Shown: positions 1-10,240, numbered from the stretch's first letter. The stretch: 64,000 nucleotides of DNA from Minisyncoccota bacterium (GCA_041663185.1 JBAZQY010000002.1:10629-74628); one strand, 5' to 3'. The notes: a model not told the origin generated them from the sequence alone. A program made the numbers and translations.

Positions 1-889
1 TTCAGCTGAAATAATATACTTAGCAACAAAAGGATACTTGAAAGTCAGACAAATTGATTGTGATCAGGCGAACTTTCTATGTTTAATTTCTAAAAAAGAT
101 TACGAATTAACTCTTTTGAAAGAAAGAGGTTTACTAGAAAATGATTTTGATCGGAAGATTGTTACAACTTTATTTGGCGAAAAGGGGAAAGTAGGAGGAG
201 TCATCAAACTATCTGGACTGAAGAAGGGTTTTTATAAATCAATCCCCCATATTAATGATAGTGTAATAGATAATTTATTGAGTAAAAAGTATTACAAAAA
301 TTTTCCAAAATTTAGTAAAAACATAATTGGTATAATTTTTGCTGTTTTGATTACTGGTGTGTTTATAATTATTGATAATTCTGATTCGGTGAGTGATTTT
401 CTTAGAAAAAATTTTAGTTTCGATAATATAATAACAATATTTATATTTGTTTTTTCAATAATTGTTTCTGTAATTATTTTAATGGTTTTCAGACGTCTAA
501 TGCCCGCCAAATCTAAAAAAGGAGTTTTGACCAAGGAATACCTTCTAGGCTTAAAAAAATATCTTGAAATTGCTGAAAAAGATCGACTGAATTTTCATAA
601 TGCTCCAGATAAAAAACCAGAAATATTTGAGAAGTTACTTCCTTATGCGATGGTTTTTGGGGTAGAAGAACTTTGGGCTAAAGAATTTAAAGATATCTAT
701 GTTAATCCGCCTGAATGGTATGAAGGTCCACTTGGTGGTTTCAGCTCTGTTTCTTTTGGACACGAAATGATAATGTTTAACGCCCTTGCTTCAAATTCAA
801 TTTCAACAACACCAAATGGAGGCAGTGGTTCGTTTGGTGGTGGATTCTCAGGCGGAGGTGGGGGTGGCGGAGGAGGGGGAAGTTGGTAA
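1..889 (+). CDS. DUF2207-family membrane protein, C-terminal part (5' end probably outside window)
   Basis: Two TM segments, FEKLLPYAMVFGV motif, Gly-rich tail GGGFSGGGGGGGGGGSW. Confidence 0.85.
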   Translation, partial: SAEIIYLATKGYLKVRQIDCDQANFLCLISKKDYELTLLKERGLLENDFDRKIVTTLFGEKGKVGGVIKLSGLKKGFYKSIPHINDSVIDNLLSKKYYKNFPKFSKNIIGIIFAVLITGVFIIIDNSDSVSDFLRKNFSFDNIITIFIFVFSIIVSVIILMVFRRLMPAKSKKGVLTKEYLLGLKKYLEIAEKDRLNFHNAPDKKPEIFEKLLPYAMVFGVEELWAKEFKDIYVNPPEWYEGPLGGFSSVSFGHEMIMFNALASNSISTTPNGGSGSFGGGFSGGGGGGGGGGSW

Positions 890-933
890 TTTTGTATTTT
901 TAATAAAGTCATAATTATAGTAGAATTAGTCTT

Positions 934-1395
934 ATGAAGAATAAGAAAACAGCCAGAATTATAGTTATCATCTTAATTGCTATCGCGGTTGTTTTTTTGG
1001 GGTGGCAATTTTCTAAAAATAGCTTTAAAAATAATAACGAAAACATAATACCGAATATTAAAATATTGGGTAATGCCAGTGATTTAGTTTCTTTTTCTAT
1101 TAGTCCAGGCCAAGAAGTAAGTGGAATTCTGACGGCGACTGGATCAGTCCGAGGAGCATACTTTTTTGAAGCCAATATACAAGTAAACATTTTAGATTCA
1201 GATAAAAAAGTTCTAAGAGCTGGTTATGGAAATGCAAAAACTGACTGGATGACAAGTGAGCCAGTTGGTTTTGAAACAATTCTTGATTTTACTAAACTTC
1301 CCAAGGGCCCTGCTTATATAGAAATTCATAATGACAACGCTTCGGGATTACCAGAAAATGATAAAAATATTTTAATTCCGATTATTATTAAATAA
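934..1395 (+). CDS. Membrane-anchored Gmad2-like immunoglobulin-fold protein
   Basis: N-terminal TM; GAYFFEANIQV, DWMT and DNASGLPEN motifs. Confidence 0.65.
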   Translation: MKNKKTARIIVIILIAIAVVFLGWQFSKNSFKNNNENIIPNIKILGNASDLVSFSISPGQEVSGILTATGSVRGAYFFEANIQVNILDSDKKVLRAGYGNAKTDWMTSEPVGFETILDFTKLPKGPAYIEIHNDNASGLPENDKNILIPIIIK

Positions 1396-1396
1396 T

Positions 1397-2287
1397 ATGG
1401 CGACACTTTATACTCACCAAGGACAAAATGTTCGTAGGACATGGATGCTCATGAGCATCTTTCTGATTATTGTGATCGGGCTTGGTTTTGTCTTTGCTCG
1501 AATGTATAACAATCCGACAATTCTTTATTTCTTTGTTATTTTTTCTGTGGTGATGAATATTGTCGGTTATTGGTATTCAGATAAAATTGCTTTGAAAATG
1601 GCAGGGGCTCATCCTGCAACCCGCGAAAAATATTTTGACTTTTATACAATTGTTGAGAATTTAGCAATTACTGCTGGGCTTCCAATGCCGAAAATTTATG
1701 TGATTGAAGATCCATCTCCGAATGCTTTTGCAACTGGGCGCGACAAGAATCATGCCGTCGTTGCCGTGACAACCGGGCTTCTTTCTATTATGAATAAAAC
1801 TGAATTAGAAGGAGTCATTGCACACGAAATGAGTCACATTGGTAATCGTGATATGTTGGTCTCGACTGTCGCTGTTGTTCTCGTCGGTTTTGTTTCAATA
1901 GTTTCTGATATGATTATTCGCATGACAATTTTTGGAGGAGACCGGGATAATGATAGGGGTGGGGGAATATTTATGATTGTTGGAATAATACTTTCAATTT
2001 TGGCACCAATTTTAGCGACTCTTATTCAACTCGCGATTTCACGCAAGCGTGAATATTTAGCCGATGCTTCAGGGTCATTACTTACTCGCTACCCAGAAGG
2101 GCTTGCTTCGGCCTTAGAAAAAATTAGTCAATACGGCAGACCAATGAAAAAGCAATCAAGTGCTATTGCTCATTTGTATATTGCCAATCCTCTTGGCTCC
2201 GGAAAATTTACCAAGAAAGTTGGAAGTTTGTTTTCAACCCACCCTCCGGTGGAAGATAGAATAAAAAAATTACGAGAAAGTTTATAG
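1397..2287 (+). CDS. htpX: M48 zinc metalloprotease HtpX
   Basis: PNAFATG, HEMSH zinc motif, SRKREYLAD, FSTHPP. Confidence 0.95.
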   Translation: MATLYTHQGQNVRRTWMLMSIFLIIVIGLGFVFARMYNNPTILYFFVIFSVVMNIVGYWYSDKIALKMAGAHPATREKYFDFYTIVENLAITAGLPMPKIYVIEDPSPNAFATGRDKNHAVVAVTTGLLSIMNKTELEGVIAHEMSHIGNRDMLVSTVAVVLVGFVSIVSDMIIRMTIFGGDRDNDRGGGIFMIVGIILSILAPILATLIQLAISRKREYLADASGSLLTRYPEGLASALEKISQYGRPMKKQSSAIAHLYIANPLGSGKFTKKVGSLFSTHPPVEDRIKKLRESL

Positions 2288-2443
2288 TATTAGACTATAT
2301 TTTATAATAAAAAATAGTAGATAAAAAGCTAAATTTTTAGTATCATACAACCCAGATGTTCTTTTTAGAACACGGGTCTTTTTTATTAGTGCCCGTGTGT
2401 ACTCCGACTATATCCATCTTAGATGGACAAAATGTCGGAGTAA

Positions 2444-2530
2444 GGAGAGATGCGTGAGTGGTTTAAACGGCAACCCTGGAAAGGTTGTGTATGAGAAATC
2501 GTACCGGGAGTTCGAATCTCCCTCTCTCCG
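2444..2530 (+). tRNA. tRNA-Ser(GGA)
   Basis: GGAGAGA/TCTCTCC acceptor stem, anticodon arm CAACC-CTGGAAA-GGTTG, long variable arm, GTTCGAATC T-loop; CCA not encoded. Confidence 0.95.
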
Positions 2531-2575
2531 CTATTGACAGTACTGGTAACATTATTTTTTTGTTATAATAACTAT

Positions 2576-3184
2576 ATGAAAATATTACTTGCTACAAATA
2601 ATAAAGCTAAAATAGAAAGATTTAAAAGATTAATAAAAGTCATTGATTCAAATATTGAATTACTGTCTCCTTCTGAATTAGGAATTGAAATAATTAATAT
2701 AGAAGAAAATGGTAATACACTTATGGAAAATGCAGAATTAAAAGCGAGAGCATATTTAGGGAAAGTTGATTTTCCAATTTTATCCAATGACACAGGGTTT
2801 TATGTAGAAGGTGAAGGATTTATTGATGCCCCAAAAAGAAAAGCATTGGAGGGGTTAGATGAAAATAATTTATCCGAAGAAGAAATATCAAAAAAACTTT
2901 TAAATTTCTGGAAAGACATTGCAAGTAAATATGGTGGAAAAGTTGATGCAGCTTGGGTAGAAGCTTTTATTCTTTTATTGCCAAATGGAGAAGTAAAAAA
3001 ATCTGAATCAAGAAGAGAGGTAATTTTAACTAATCAAGAATTTGGAACCCCTCATATTAATTTTCCAGTTAGAGCTTTGTATTATTCTAAAATAACAAAC
3101 AAACCAGCTGTTTTACATACAGAAGAAGATGAAATTGTAGAATTAAAACCTGCTATAGATGCTATTTCTAAAATTTTAAAATAA
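2576..3184 (+). CDS. Ham1/ITPase-like non-canonical purine NTP pyrophosphatase
   Basis: ILLATNNKAK, EENGNTLMENAELKA, SNDTGFYVE; start moved to ATG 2576, 6 nt after TGTTATAAT. Confidence 0.8.
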   Translation: MKILLATNNKAKIERFKRLIKVIDSNIELLSPSELGIEIINIEENGNTLMENAELKARAYLGKVDFPILSNDTGFYVEGEGFIDAPKRKALEGLDENNLSEEEISKKLLNFWKDIASKYGGKVDAAWVEAFILLLPNGEVKKSESRREVILTNQEFGTPHINFPVRALYYSKITNKPAVLHTEEDEIVELKPAIDAISKILK

Positions 3185-3275
3185 ATCATTATTTATCCAT
3201 AAAAACAGTTCCAACAGCGACCCATACTGTCCGCCCAAATTCGGAATTAAAATTAATAGGTGTTATAATTAACCT

Positions 3276-3962
3276 ATGGAAAACATAAAAAATAACAAGT
3301 TTATATTTATTAGTTTGGCAATTATCGCATTTTCTTTATTAATTTCTGTAGCATTTTTTATTTCAGCTAAAGATTTTTCAAAACAGGGGTCATATGTTGA
3401 AGTCAAAGGTTTATCGGAAAAAATTGTTAAGGCTGATACAGCGATTTGGTCTATGAGTTTTGAGGTCAAGTCAAATAACATTGATACTTTATATGCTGAT
3501 ATCGAAAAGAATATTACAACCATTAAAGCCTTTTTAGTTGAAAAGGGTTTTGAGGCTTCCGAGGTTAATGTTGCACCGGTAAACATTTATCAAGAGACAT
3601 ACAAAGATGCAGCCTTCCGATATAATTCAACTAATCAAGTTTCCGTTTATACAAAAAAAGTTGACCTAGCCAAAGCTACATCAAACGAGACATTACTCTT
3701 GGTTAAAAAGGGAGTTGTTTTGAATCAAAATTATATTTCCTTTGAGTTCTCAGATATAAACAGTATTAAGCCGGAGATGTTGGCTGACGCAATTAAAAAT
3801 GCTCGCGATACGGCCTCGCAATTTGCAAATAATTCAGGTTCCTCTGTTGGCCAAGTAACTCGTGGTAATCAAGGTGTTTTTGATATAACAGACAAAGATC
3901 CTGGTTCACCTGAATATAAAAAAATTCGCCTTGTTTCAACTCTCCGTTTCTTATTAAAGTAA
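3276..3962 (+). CDS. SIMPL/DUF541 domain protein
   Basis: N-terminal TM, VEVKGLSEKIVKAD, NQGVFDITD and KKIRLVST motifs. Confidence 0.85.
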   Translation: MENIKNNKFIFISLAIIAFSLLISVAFFISAKDFSKQGSYVEVKGLSEKIVKADTAIWSMSFEVKSNNIDTLYADIEKNITTIKAFLVEKGFEASEVNVAPVNIYQETYKDAAFRYNSTNQVSVYTKKVDLAKATSNETLLLVKKGVVLNQNYISFEFSDINSIKPEMLADAIKNARDTASQFANNSGSSVGQVTRGNQGVFDITDKDPGSPEYKKIRLVSTLRFLLK

Positions 3963-4108
3963 AAATCTAAACGAAATTACTAGGTCTTGCCTAGCCAAAC
4001 CAGATTTGTAATTCACAAAATTATCGTTAAAATACCACTACCATTAAAGAGTGAAGTAGACTATGGGTTTAAGAAAAATAAGAAAAACCATAAATAATCT
4101 AGTAAAAC

Positions 4109-5029
4109 CTATTTTAACAGCTCCTCTTGTTTTTTATGTGACGCTATAATAGCTTTTGTCACCTTATTCTTTCTAAACTGAGCTACTGTATCAATCAAAT
4201 TATCACTAACCTTAACATTAATTTTTGTAAAATTATTGTAATAAATTTCTATATTGTTTGGTAGAGTGTTTTCAAAAAAATTTATGATTTGATCATTACT
4301 TAAGTTTTTCCCATTAGCTTTTTCGTTTAAGAATTGAAGTTGATCATTGTATTTTAGTTTATAAAAATCTTCTTTTGCCTCATTAATATCATCAACTGTT
4401 TCTTTTATTTCTTCTGGTAAGTATGTTTTGTATAAACTAAGTCCCAACATTGAAAGCCCCTTAAAAACAGGGAACAGTATGCCTGGTATTTTTTTTGCAA
4501 TCACGATAGGAAATTTGCTTTCTTTTTGGGCTTTTTGTATAAATAGGAATAATTCAGAATCGGGGAATATCCATTCTCCATTTTTAAATAAGATGGTTAT
4601 GGGAATATCATTAAATTCTGCTTCTATCACAAAAGGGTGGCTTGAAATTAGTTTCACTTTTTCGAGATATCTTTTAAAGATCTTAATAATCAAATTTAAG
4701 GTTTTTTCTGAACTGCGGTTTTTTATTAAATAATCATTTACTTTTATCTTTTTATCTTTAATTTGTTTTATTCCAGGGATGTTCTGGTAACGAAGATCAA
4801 TAAATAGTTTTTCATCAGTAAGTTTTTTTATTATACGTGGGTCTATGCGTAAATTACCTGGACCAGTCTCACTGAATAAATAATATAATTCTGTTTCTGT
4901 TATAACTTTTGCTTTTGATCTTAAGTTTTCTAGTCTGTATTCAAAATAAATAGCCATTTCATTTATAGAAAGGGAAGATAAGGGTTGTTTGTTCAGTTTA
5001 TCTTTTACTTGTTTTAGTTCTTTTTTCAT
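4109..5029 (-). CDS. Hypothetical protein, possibly a degenerate PD-(D/E)XK-like fold
   Basis: 306-aa ORF; LFKNGEWIFPDS...PIVIAKKIP segment only loosely resembles a nuclease fold. Confidence 0.55.
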   Translation of the reverse strand: MKKELKQVKDKLNKQPLSSLSINEMAIYFEYRLENLRSKAKVITETELYYLFSETGPGNLRIDPRIIKKLTDEKLFIDLRYQNIPGIKQIKDKKIKVNDYLIKNRSSEKTLNLIIKIFKRYLEKVKLISSHPFVIEAEFNDIPITILFKNGEWIFPDSELFLFIQKAQKESKFPIVIAKKIPGILFPVFKGLSMLGLSLYKTYLPEEIKETVDDINEAKEDFYKLKYNDQLQFLNEKANGKNLSNDQIINFFENTLPNNIEIYYNNFTKINVKVSDNLIDTVAQFRKNKVTKAIIASHKKQEELLK

Positions 5030-5040
5030 ATAATTCTGAT

Positions 5041-5141
5041 GTATATATAATATTATATATACACTCGAATTACAACAAATAAACGTCCTTTATAATATTA
5101 TAAAGGACGAAAACACAAAGGCTTATAATATTATAAGCCTT
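5041..5141. repeat. Three perfect palindromes sharing core TATAATATTATA
   Basis: 5041-5062 (22 bp), 5084-5109 (26 bp), 5118-5141 (24 bp). Confidence 0.9.
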
Positions 5142-5184
5142 GCCTAATAATAACTAATTTAGTTATTCAGAGTTTATTTTGTCT

Positions 5185-5263
5185 AAATGCAACAAACAAC
5201 ATTTTAATAAAGTATATAAAATTATATACTTTGTCACGTATTAAAATGTTGTTTGTTGCATTT
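5185..5263. promoter_or_regulatory. 25-bp perfect inverted repeat with nested 11-bp IR; candidate AbiEi operator
   Basis: AAATGCAACAAACAACATTTTAATA 5185-5209 and its reverse complement 5239-5263; inner IR 5209-5232. Confidence 0.7.
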
Positions 5264-5325
5264 TCAGGCCATTTGTACTATTATTGTGACTGTAGGTCCC
5301 TTTAAAGGGGACATACAGTACATAT

Positions 5326-5931
5326 ATGGAAAATAAGCCAATAAAAGGAGAATATTTAGAGGTCTTGTTGAGATCTTCCAAAACCATCTTTTCATCAAAA
5401 GATGTTGCTTTAATGTGGGGAGAAGAGAAAGAAAATATAATAAAAAACAGGTTAAATAAGTATGTTAAATCTGGTAAATTATTTAAGGTCCGTCGCGGAT
5501 TATTTGCCAAAGATAAAAATTATAATCGTTTTGAATTAGCGACCAGGATTAATACACCCTCATATATTAGTTTTGAAACTGTCTTAGGCGAAGCCGGTAT
5601 GACCTTCCAACATTATGGGAATATTTTTGTTGCCTCGTATATTAATAGAGAAATGGAAGTTGATGGTCAAAAAATAACATTTGTTAGAATGAAAGATTAT
5701 GTCTTAAGTAATACTATTGGGATTGGAAATGAAAATGGATATGCTAAAGCAACCAAAGAGCGTGCATTTTTGGATCGTATGTACGTAAATAAAGATTATT
5801 ATTTTGATAATTTAAGTCCCTTGGATTGGGATAAGGTGTTTGAGATTTTACCAATTTATCATAACAAAAGTATGGTAAGTAAAGTCAAAAAACAGTATGA
5901 TAATTTTAATAATAAGTTAAATAAAAAATAA
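5326..5931 (+). CDS. Type IV TA antitoxin, AbiEi-like
   Basis: N-terminal wHTH (LFKVRRGLF), PSYISFETVL, ATKERAFLD; stop is 1 nt before the AbiEii-like start. Confidence 0.8.
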   Translation: MENKPIKGEYLEVLLRSSKTIFSSKDVALMWGEEKENIIKNRLNKYVKSGKLFKVRRGLFAKDKNYNRFELATRINTPSYISFETVLGEAGMTFQHYGNIFVASYINREMEVDGQKITFVRMKDYVLSNTIGIGNENGYAKATKERAFLDRMYVNKDYYFDNLSPLDWDKVFEILPIYHNKSMVSKVKKQYDNFNNKLNKK

Positions 5932-5932
5932 A

Positions 5933-6628
5933 ATGACCTTAGATTACTCAAAACATAAAAATATAATGCTCCAAATATTGAAGGATATCTACTCCGATAC
6001 TTCTATTGCACCTTATCTTGGATTTAAGGGGGGCACTGCTGCACTTTTATTTTATGATTTAAATCGTAATTCTGTGGATCTTGATTTTGACTTATTGGAT
6101 GATAAAAAGGAAGAAGAAGTATTTAATAAAATTGGGAAGATTACTGAAAGTTATGGAACTATTACAGAATCAAAAATAAAACATTTCAACTTACTTAATG
6201 TTATTTCATATAAGAAAGGAGCCCAACAAATAAAAGTAGAAATAAATCGCAGGCAATTTGGTTCACGATATGAAATCAGGACATTGCTTGGTATTTCAAT
6301 GCTTGTAATGGTTAAAGAAGATATGTTTGCCCATAAGCTTATGGCAATGTATGAAAGAATCGAAAAAACTAGCCGAGATATTTTTGATGTTTATTTTTTC
6401 TTTAAAAATAATTGGGAGATAAATAAAAAGATAGTAGAAGAAAGATCAGGGATGTCATTCAAAGAAACTTTGATCAAGTGTATCGAAAAACTTGAAAAAA
6501 TGGATAACAAGCATATTTTAGATGGTCTTGGAGAATTAATATCTTCATCTCAAAAGGATTGGGCCCGTGAGAAACTTAAAGACGAAACCATATTTTTATT
6601 AAAATTAAATCTTGATACTGAAAAATAA
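5933..6628 (+). CDS. AbiEii/AbiGii nucleotidyltransferase toxin
   Basis: FKGGTA, RNSVDLDFD, HKLMA and RDIFD motifs. Confidence 0.88.
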   Translation: MTLDYSKHKNIMLQILKDIYSDTSIAPYLGFKGGTAALLFYDLNRNSVDLDFDLLDDKKEEEVFNKIGKITESYGTITESKIKHFNLLNVISYKKGAQQIKVEINRRQFGSRYEIRTLLGISMLVMVKEDMFAHKLMAMYERIEKTSRDIFDVYFFFKNNWEINKKIVEERSGMSFKETLIKCIEKLEKMDNKHILDGLGELISSSQKDWAREKLKDETIFLLKLNLDTEK

Positions 6629-6759
6629 GATTAATTTATCTTATTTTCTCCTTTTTTAATATGATTGCCAGTTATCTAAACTTAGGTGTTTTAGGAAATC
6701 CCTAATTTTGTTTTGTAGATGCTATTTTTGATTTATGCTATAATCTGGAGACATTATTT

Positions 6760-7968
6760 ATGTTAAATATTGAAAAAATAAGGGCGGATTTTGATATATT
6801 GAGTAAAAAAGACGGAGAAAGACCGATATATCTTGATAGTGCTTGCATGAGCTTAAAACCAAATAAAGTAGTGGAAGCGATGAATGACTATTATACAAAT
6901 TATCCAGCTTGTGCTGGTCGGAGTTCTCATAAACTTGGAGACAAGGTGACAAAAAAAGTAAAAGAAGCAAGGCAACTTGTGGCGAAGTTTATAAATGCAA
7001 AGAATGAGAATGAAATAATTTTTACCAGAAATACAACAGAAGGAATAAATCTACTCGCGAACTCCTTGGGGCTTGTAAAAGGGGATATTGTTTTAATTAC
7101 AGACAAAGAACATAATTCGAATCTTGTTCCTTGGCTAGTATTGCGAGATAAAATTGGAATTGTTGTAAAAATAATTCCTTCCAACGATGATGGAACTTTT
7201 AATCTAGATAATTTTTCTAAATTAATTTCCGGTGTTAAATTGGTTTCAGTTGTTCATACTTCAAATCTAGATGGTGTGACAAATCCGGCTAAAGAAATTA
7301 TTGAAATTGCTCACAAAAATAATGCTTTAGTTTTCTTAGATGTTGCCCAGAGTATTCCGCACCAGAAGATTGATGTCCAATATTTAGATGTAGATTATTT
7401 AGCTTTCTCTGGACATAAAATGTTGGGACCAACAGGCACTGGAGTATTTTATGGAAAATACAAATTACTAGAGAAACTTGGATCGTTTATGACTGGCGGA
7501 GATACGGTTTTGTATTCGACATACGATGATTATAAATTTTTACCCGTACCGGAAAAGTTCGAGGCAGGGTTACAAGATTATGCTGGAATTATTGGGCTAG
7601 GGGAGGCAGTTAAATATTTGAGTCAATTTGATTATCAGGATATCGCCCGTCATGAACTTGAATTGAATGATTACATTACAAAAGAATTACAGAAAATTCC
7701 GCAAATAAAAATTATCGGGCCAGATGAAGCAGAAAAAAGATCCGGGATTATTAATTTCTACATTGAAGGAGTGGATATGCATAAGTTTGCAATTATGCTC
7801 GATGAGATGGCTGGCATCGCGATTCGCTCGGGGCAACATTGTGTCCACTCATGGTTTAATAGTAAAAAGATTTTAAATTCGGCTAGAGTTTCTTTATATT
7901 TATATAATACAAAAGAAGAAGTAGAGATATTTATTACAAACTTAAATAAAATAATAAAAATAATATAA
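6760..7968 (+). CDS. sufS: SufS-type cysteine desulfurase (class V PLP aminotransferase)
   Basis: IYLDSA, EHNSN, FSGHKMLGPTG, RSGQHC. Confidence 0.85.
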   Translation: MLNIEKIRADFDILSKKDGERPIYLDSACMSLKPNKVVEAMNDYYTNYPACAGRSSHKLGDKVTKKVKEARQLVAKFINAKNENEIIFTRNTTEGINLLANSLGLVKGDIVLITDKEHNSNLVPWLVLRDKIGIVVKIIPSNDDGTFNLDNFSKLISGVKLVSVVHTSNLDGVTNPAKEIIEIAHKNNALVFLDVAQSIPHQKIDVQYLDVDYLAFSGHKMLGPTGTGVFYGKYKLLEKLGSFMTGGDTVLYSTYDDYKFLPVPEKFEAGLQDYAGIIGLGEAVKYLSQFDYQDIARHELELNDYITKELQKIPQIKIIGPDEAEKRSGIINFYIEGVDMHKFAIMLDEMAGIAIRSGQHCVHSWFNSKKILNSARVSLYLYNTKEEVEIFITNLNKIIKII

Positions 7969-7971
7969 TTT

Positions 7972-8913
7972 ATGCCCTGTATAATTGCTTTAATTGTTTT
8001 TGGAATATTAGGAATATTTAGTGCTTCACATAGAGCTCTTGCTAGGGAGGCTTTTGATTGTGTATTTAGACGAATAACTTTTCGTCCATGTAATACTGGA
8101 TTTCAAGAGAAAATAAAAGGAAAGATTTTGTCACGATTAATTAAACGCTCCACCTGGCTTACTCGAGTGGTTAATAAAAATTATGAAATATTAGCGTGGA
8201 TATTTTTTATCTTGATGATTGGAAGCACCTTTTGGGTTCTTCGAGGTGGGTATAATTTCTATGTTTATGGGAGCTGTAATGGTTTAAATGAAAGTGGTTT
8301 TTGCGCTTTTGATCCAAGTGGAGAAAATAATAAAGTGACAACAATAGGAGAGGATGGGGCCTCTTGTGGAATTACTCAGCAATCTGAACAAACTGTCACC
8401 CTACAAGATATAGATTTATCTTCTTTCCCAACCAAACAAGTTGGCTCAAAAGACACGGTTGTCTTTATCGGTTGCTATGCGTGCGATTATTCAAGAAAAG
8501 CATATCCTGATATTTTGAAATTAATTGAAAAGAAAAAATCTAATTATATCTTTGCTCATTATCCAGCCAAGGGTGATACAACGTTTTTAGCTGAAGCGGG
8601 TTATTGTGTAAATAAAAATTATCCAGATAAATACTGGGATTTCAATGATTACCTATTTACTGCGGAAAAAGATTACATCTTGAATAAGGCAAATTTAAAT
8701 GAAATTCTTGGAAGCTTTAGCTTTGATGTTGAGAAAATAAATAAATGTACAAATGATATTCAAACAAAAACAGCGGTGGAAATGGATGTGCAGGAATTAA
8801 ATAAAACAAATCTTTATGGGACACCAACCATCTTCATCAATAATAAAGTTTTTGTTGGTCCGAAGCCGTATCGAGTTTATCGAAGTGCAATCAATAAATT
8901 TATCTTTTTCTAA
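7972..8913 (+). CDS. Membrane-anchored DsbA/thioredoxin-fold protein
   Basis: TM segments, CYACDYS CxxC-like motif, GTPTIFIN. Confidence 0.7.
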   Translation: MPCIIALIVFGILGIFSASHRALAREAFDCVFRRITFRPCNTGFQEKIKGKILSRLIKRSTWLTRVVNKNYEILAWIFFILMIGSTFWVLRGGYNFYVYGSCNGLNESGFCAFDPSGENNKVTTIGEDGASCGITQQSEQTVTLQDIDLSSFPTKQVGSKDTVVFIGCYACDYSRKAYPDILKLIEKKKSNYIFAHYPAKGDTTFLAEAGYCVNKNYPDKYWDFNDYLFTAEKDYILNKANLNEILGSFSFDVEKINKCTNDIQTKTAVEMDVQELNKTNLYGTPTIFINNKVFVGPKPYRVYRSAINKFIFF

Positions 8914-8968
8914 TTATCGTAAATCACAAGAACTGATTTTTATCAGCTAATTTGTTATAATATTTACT

Positions 8969-10237
8969 ATGCCTATTATTGTAATTTTATCAATTATCCC
9001 AGTTATTATTTGGATATTTTTGGAACCAATTGGTTCGCGTTTTTCTGATTTGAATTCGATAACTACAAGCCTGGGTCAGATTCTGGGATTAGTTGGAATG
9101 ACTCTTTTTTCGATTAATCTTATTTTAGCTGGGAGATTAAAAATTCTTGATAAATATTTTCGAGGATTGGATAAAGTTTATATGAATCATTCGAGGATAG
9201 GAGCTCTGGCTTTTTCTTTAACTCTATTTCATCCAATTTTATTAGTTGTTAAAGTTGCCAGTTTCTCTATCAGAGATGCTAGATTATTTTTTGTTCCATT
9301 TTTGAATATGCCTGTGACCTGGGGGATAATTTCACTATTTTTGATGATTGTTTTGATTAGTTTAACTTTTTATATTAAATTAAAATATCAAGTTTGGAAA
9401 ATGTCTCACAAATTTATGACTTTTGCTTTTGCTTTTGCCGTTCTCCATGTTCTTTTTATCCAAAGCGATGTCGCTAGGAGTAGTTTACTTCGATATTATA
9501 TTTTGATTTTGGCTTTTGTCGGATTGGCCATAAGTATTCGTCAAGCATTTCTAAATAAATTTTTAAGTCAAAAATTTAAATATAAAATTATAAATATTAA
9601 AGAATTAAATAAAGAAATTATCGAGATAGAAATGGAACCAGTTAAAAATAAAATGACTTTTCAGCCTGGACAATTTGCCTTCTTTAGTTTCTTGGGCGAA
9701 GAGATTCCATCTGAGTCACATCCATTTTCTATTTCATCATCTGAGACAGAAAACAATTTAAAAATAATTGCCAAAAATTTTGGTGATTTTACGAATCAAT
9801 TAAAAAATCTAAAAATAGGAGATAATATTTCCATTGATGGTCCGTATGGGGGCTTTTCTTATAAAAAAACAACCAATAAAAATCAAATTTGGATTGCTGG
9901 TGGTATTGGGATAACTCCATTTCTAAGTATGACACAGACGCTTGAAAGTGATTATAATGTTGATTTATATTATTCAGTGAAAGAAAATAATGAAGCGGTC
10001 CACGTTGAGGATTTACAAAATATCAGAAATCAACATCCTAATTTTCAATTTAATTTATGGAACGCTAAAGATAACGGTTATATAAATGGTGGGCTAGTCT
10101 CGCATTTAAGTAAAGGCTTAGATAGTAAGGATATTTTCCTTTGCGGGCCACCTCTATTTATGGAGAATTTGAAGAATCAATTTCTTGCATTGGGAGTCGA
10201 TAGTAAAAGAATTAATTATGAAAATTTTAGTTTTTAA
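8969..10237 (+). CDS. Ferric reductase-like membrane protein with FAD/NAD(P)-binding domain
   Basis: Six TM segments with His pairs, HPFSISS, GPYG, IAGGIGITPF, FLCGP, ENFSF. Confidence 0.88.
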   Translation: MPIIVILSIIPVIIWIFLEPIGSRFSDLNSITTSLGQILGLVGMTLFSINLILAGRLKILDKYFRGLDKVYMNHSRIGALAFSLTLFHPILLVVKVASFSIRDARLFFVPFLNMPVTWGIISLFLMIVLISLTFYIKLKYQVWKMSHKFMTFAFAFAVLHVLFIQSDVARSSLLRYYILILAFVGLAISIRQAFLNKFLSQKFKYKIINIKELNKEIIEIEMEPVKNKMTFQPGQFAFFSFLGEEIPSESHPFSISSSETENNLKIIAKNFGDFTNQLKNLKIGDNISIDGPYGGFSYKKTTNKNQIWIAGGIGITPFLSMTQTLESDYNVDLYYSVKENNEAVHVEDLQNIRNQHPNFQFNLWNAKDNGYINGGLVSHLSKGLDSKDIFLCGPPLFMENLKNQFLALGVDSKRINYENFSF

Positions 10238-10240
10238 ATT

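Noticed and set aside
697-912. Poly-Pro ORF on the minus strand and other short antisense ORFs in the track
   Set aside because: Shadows of real genes (here the poly-Gly tail); no independent support
5041-5141. Mini CRISPR array
   Set aside because: Only a 12-bp core is shared, arms differ, and gaps (21 and 8 nt) are too short and uneven
2531-6700. Integrative element at tRNA-Ser
   Set aside because: No integrase and no convincing duplicated tRNA 3' end found by eye
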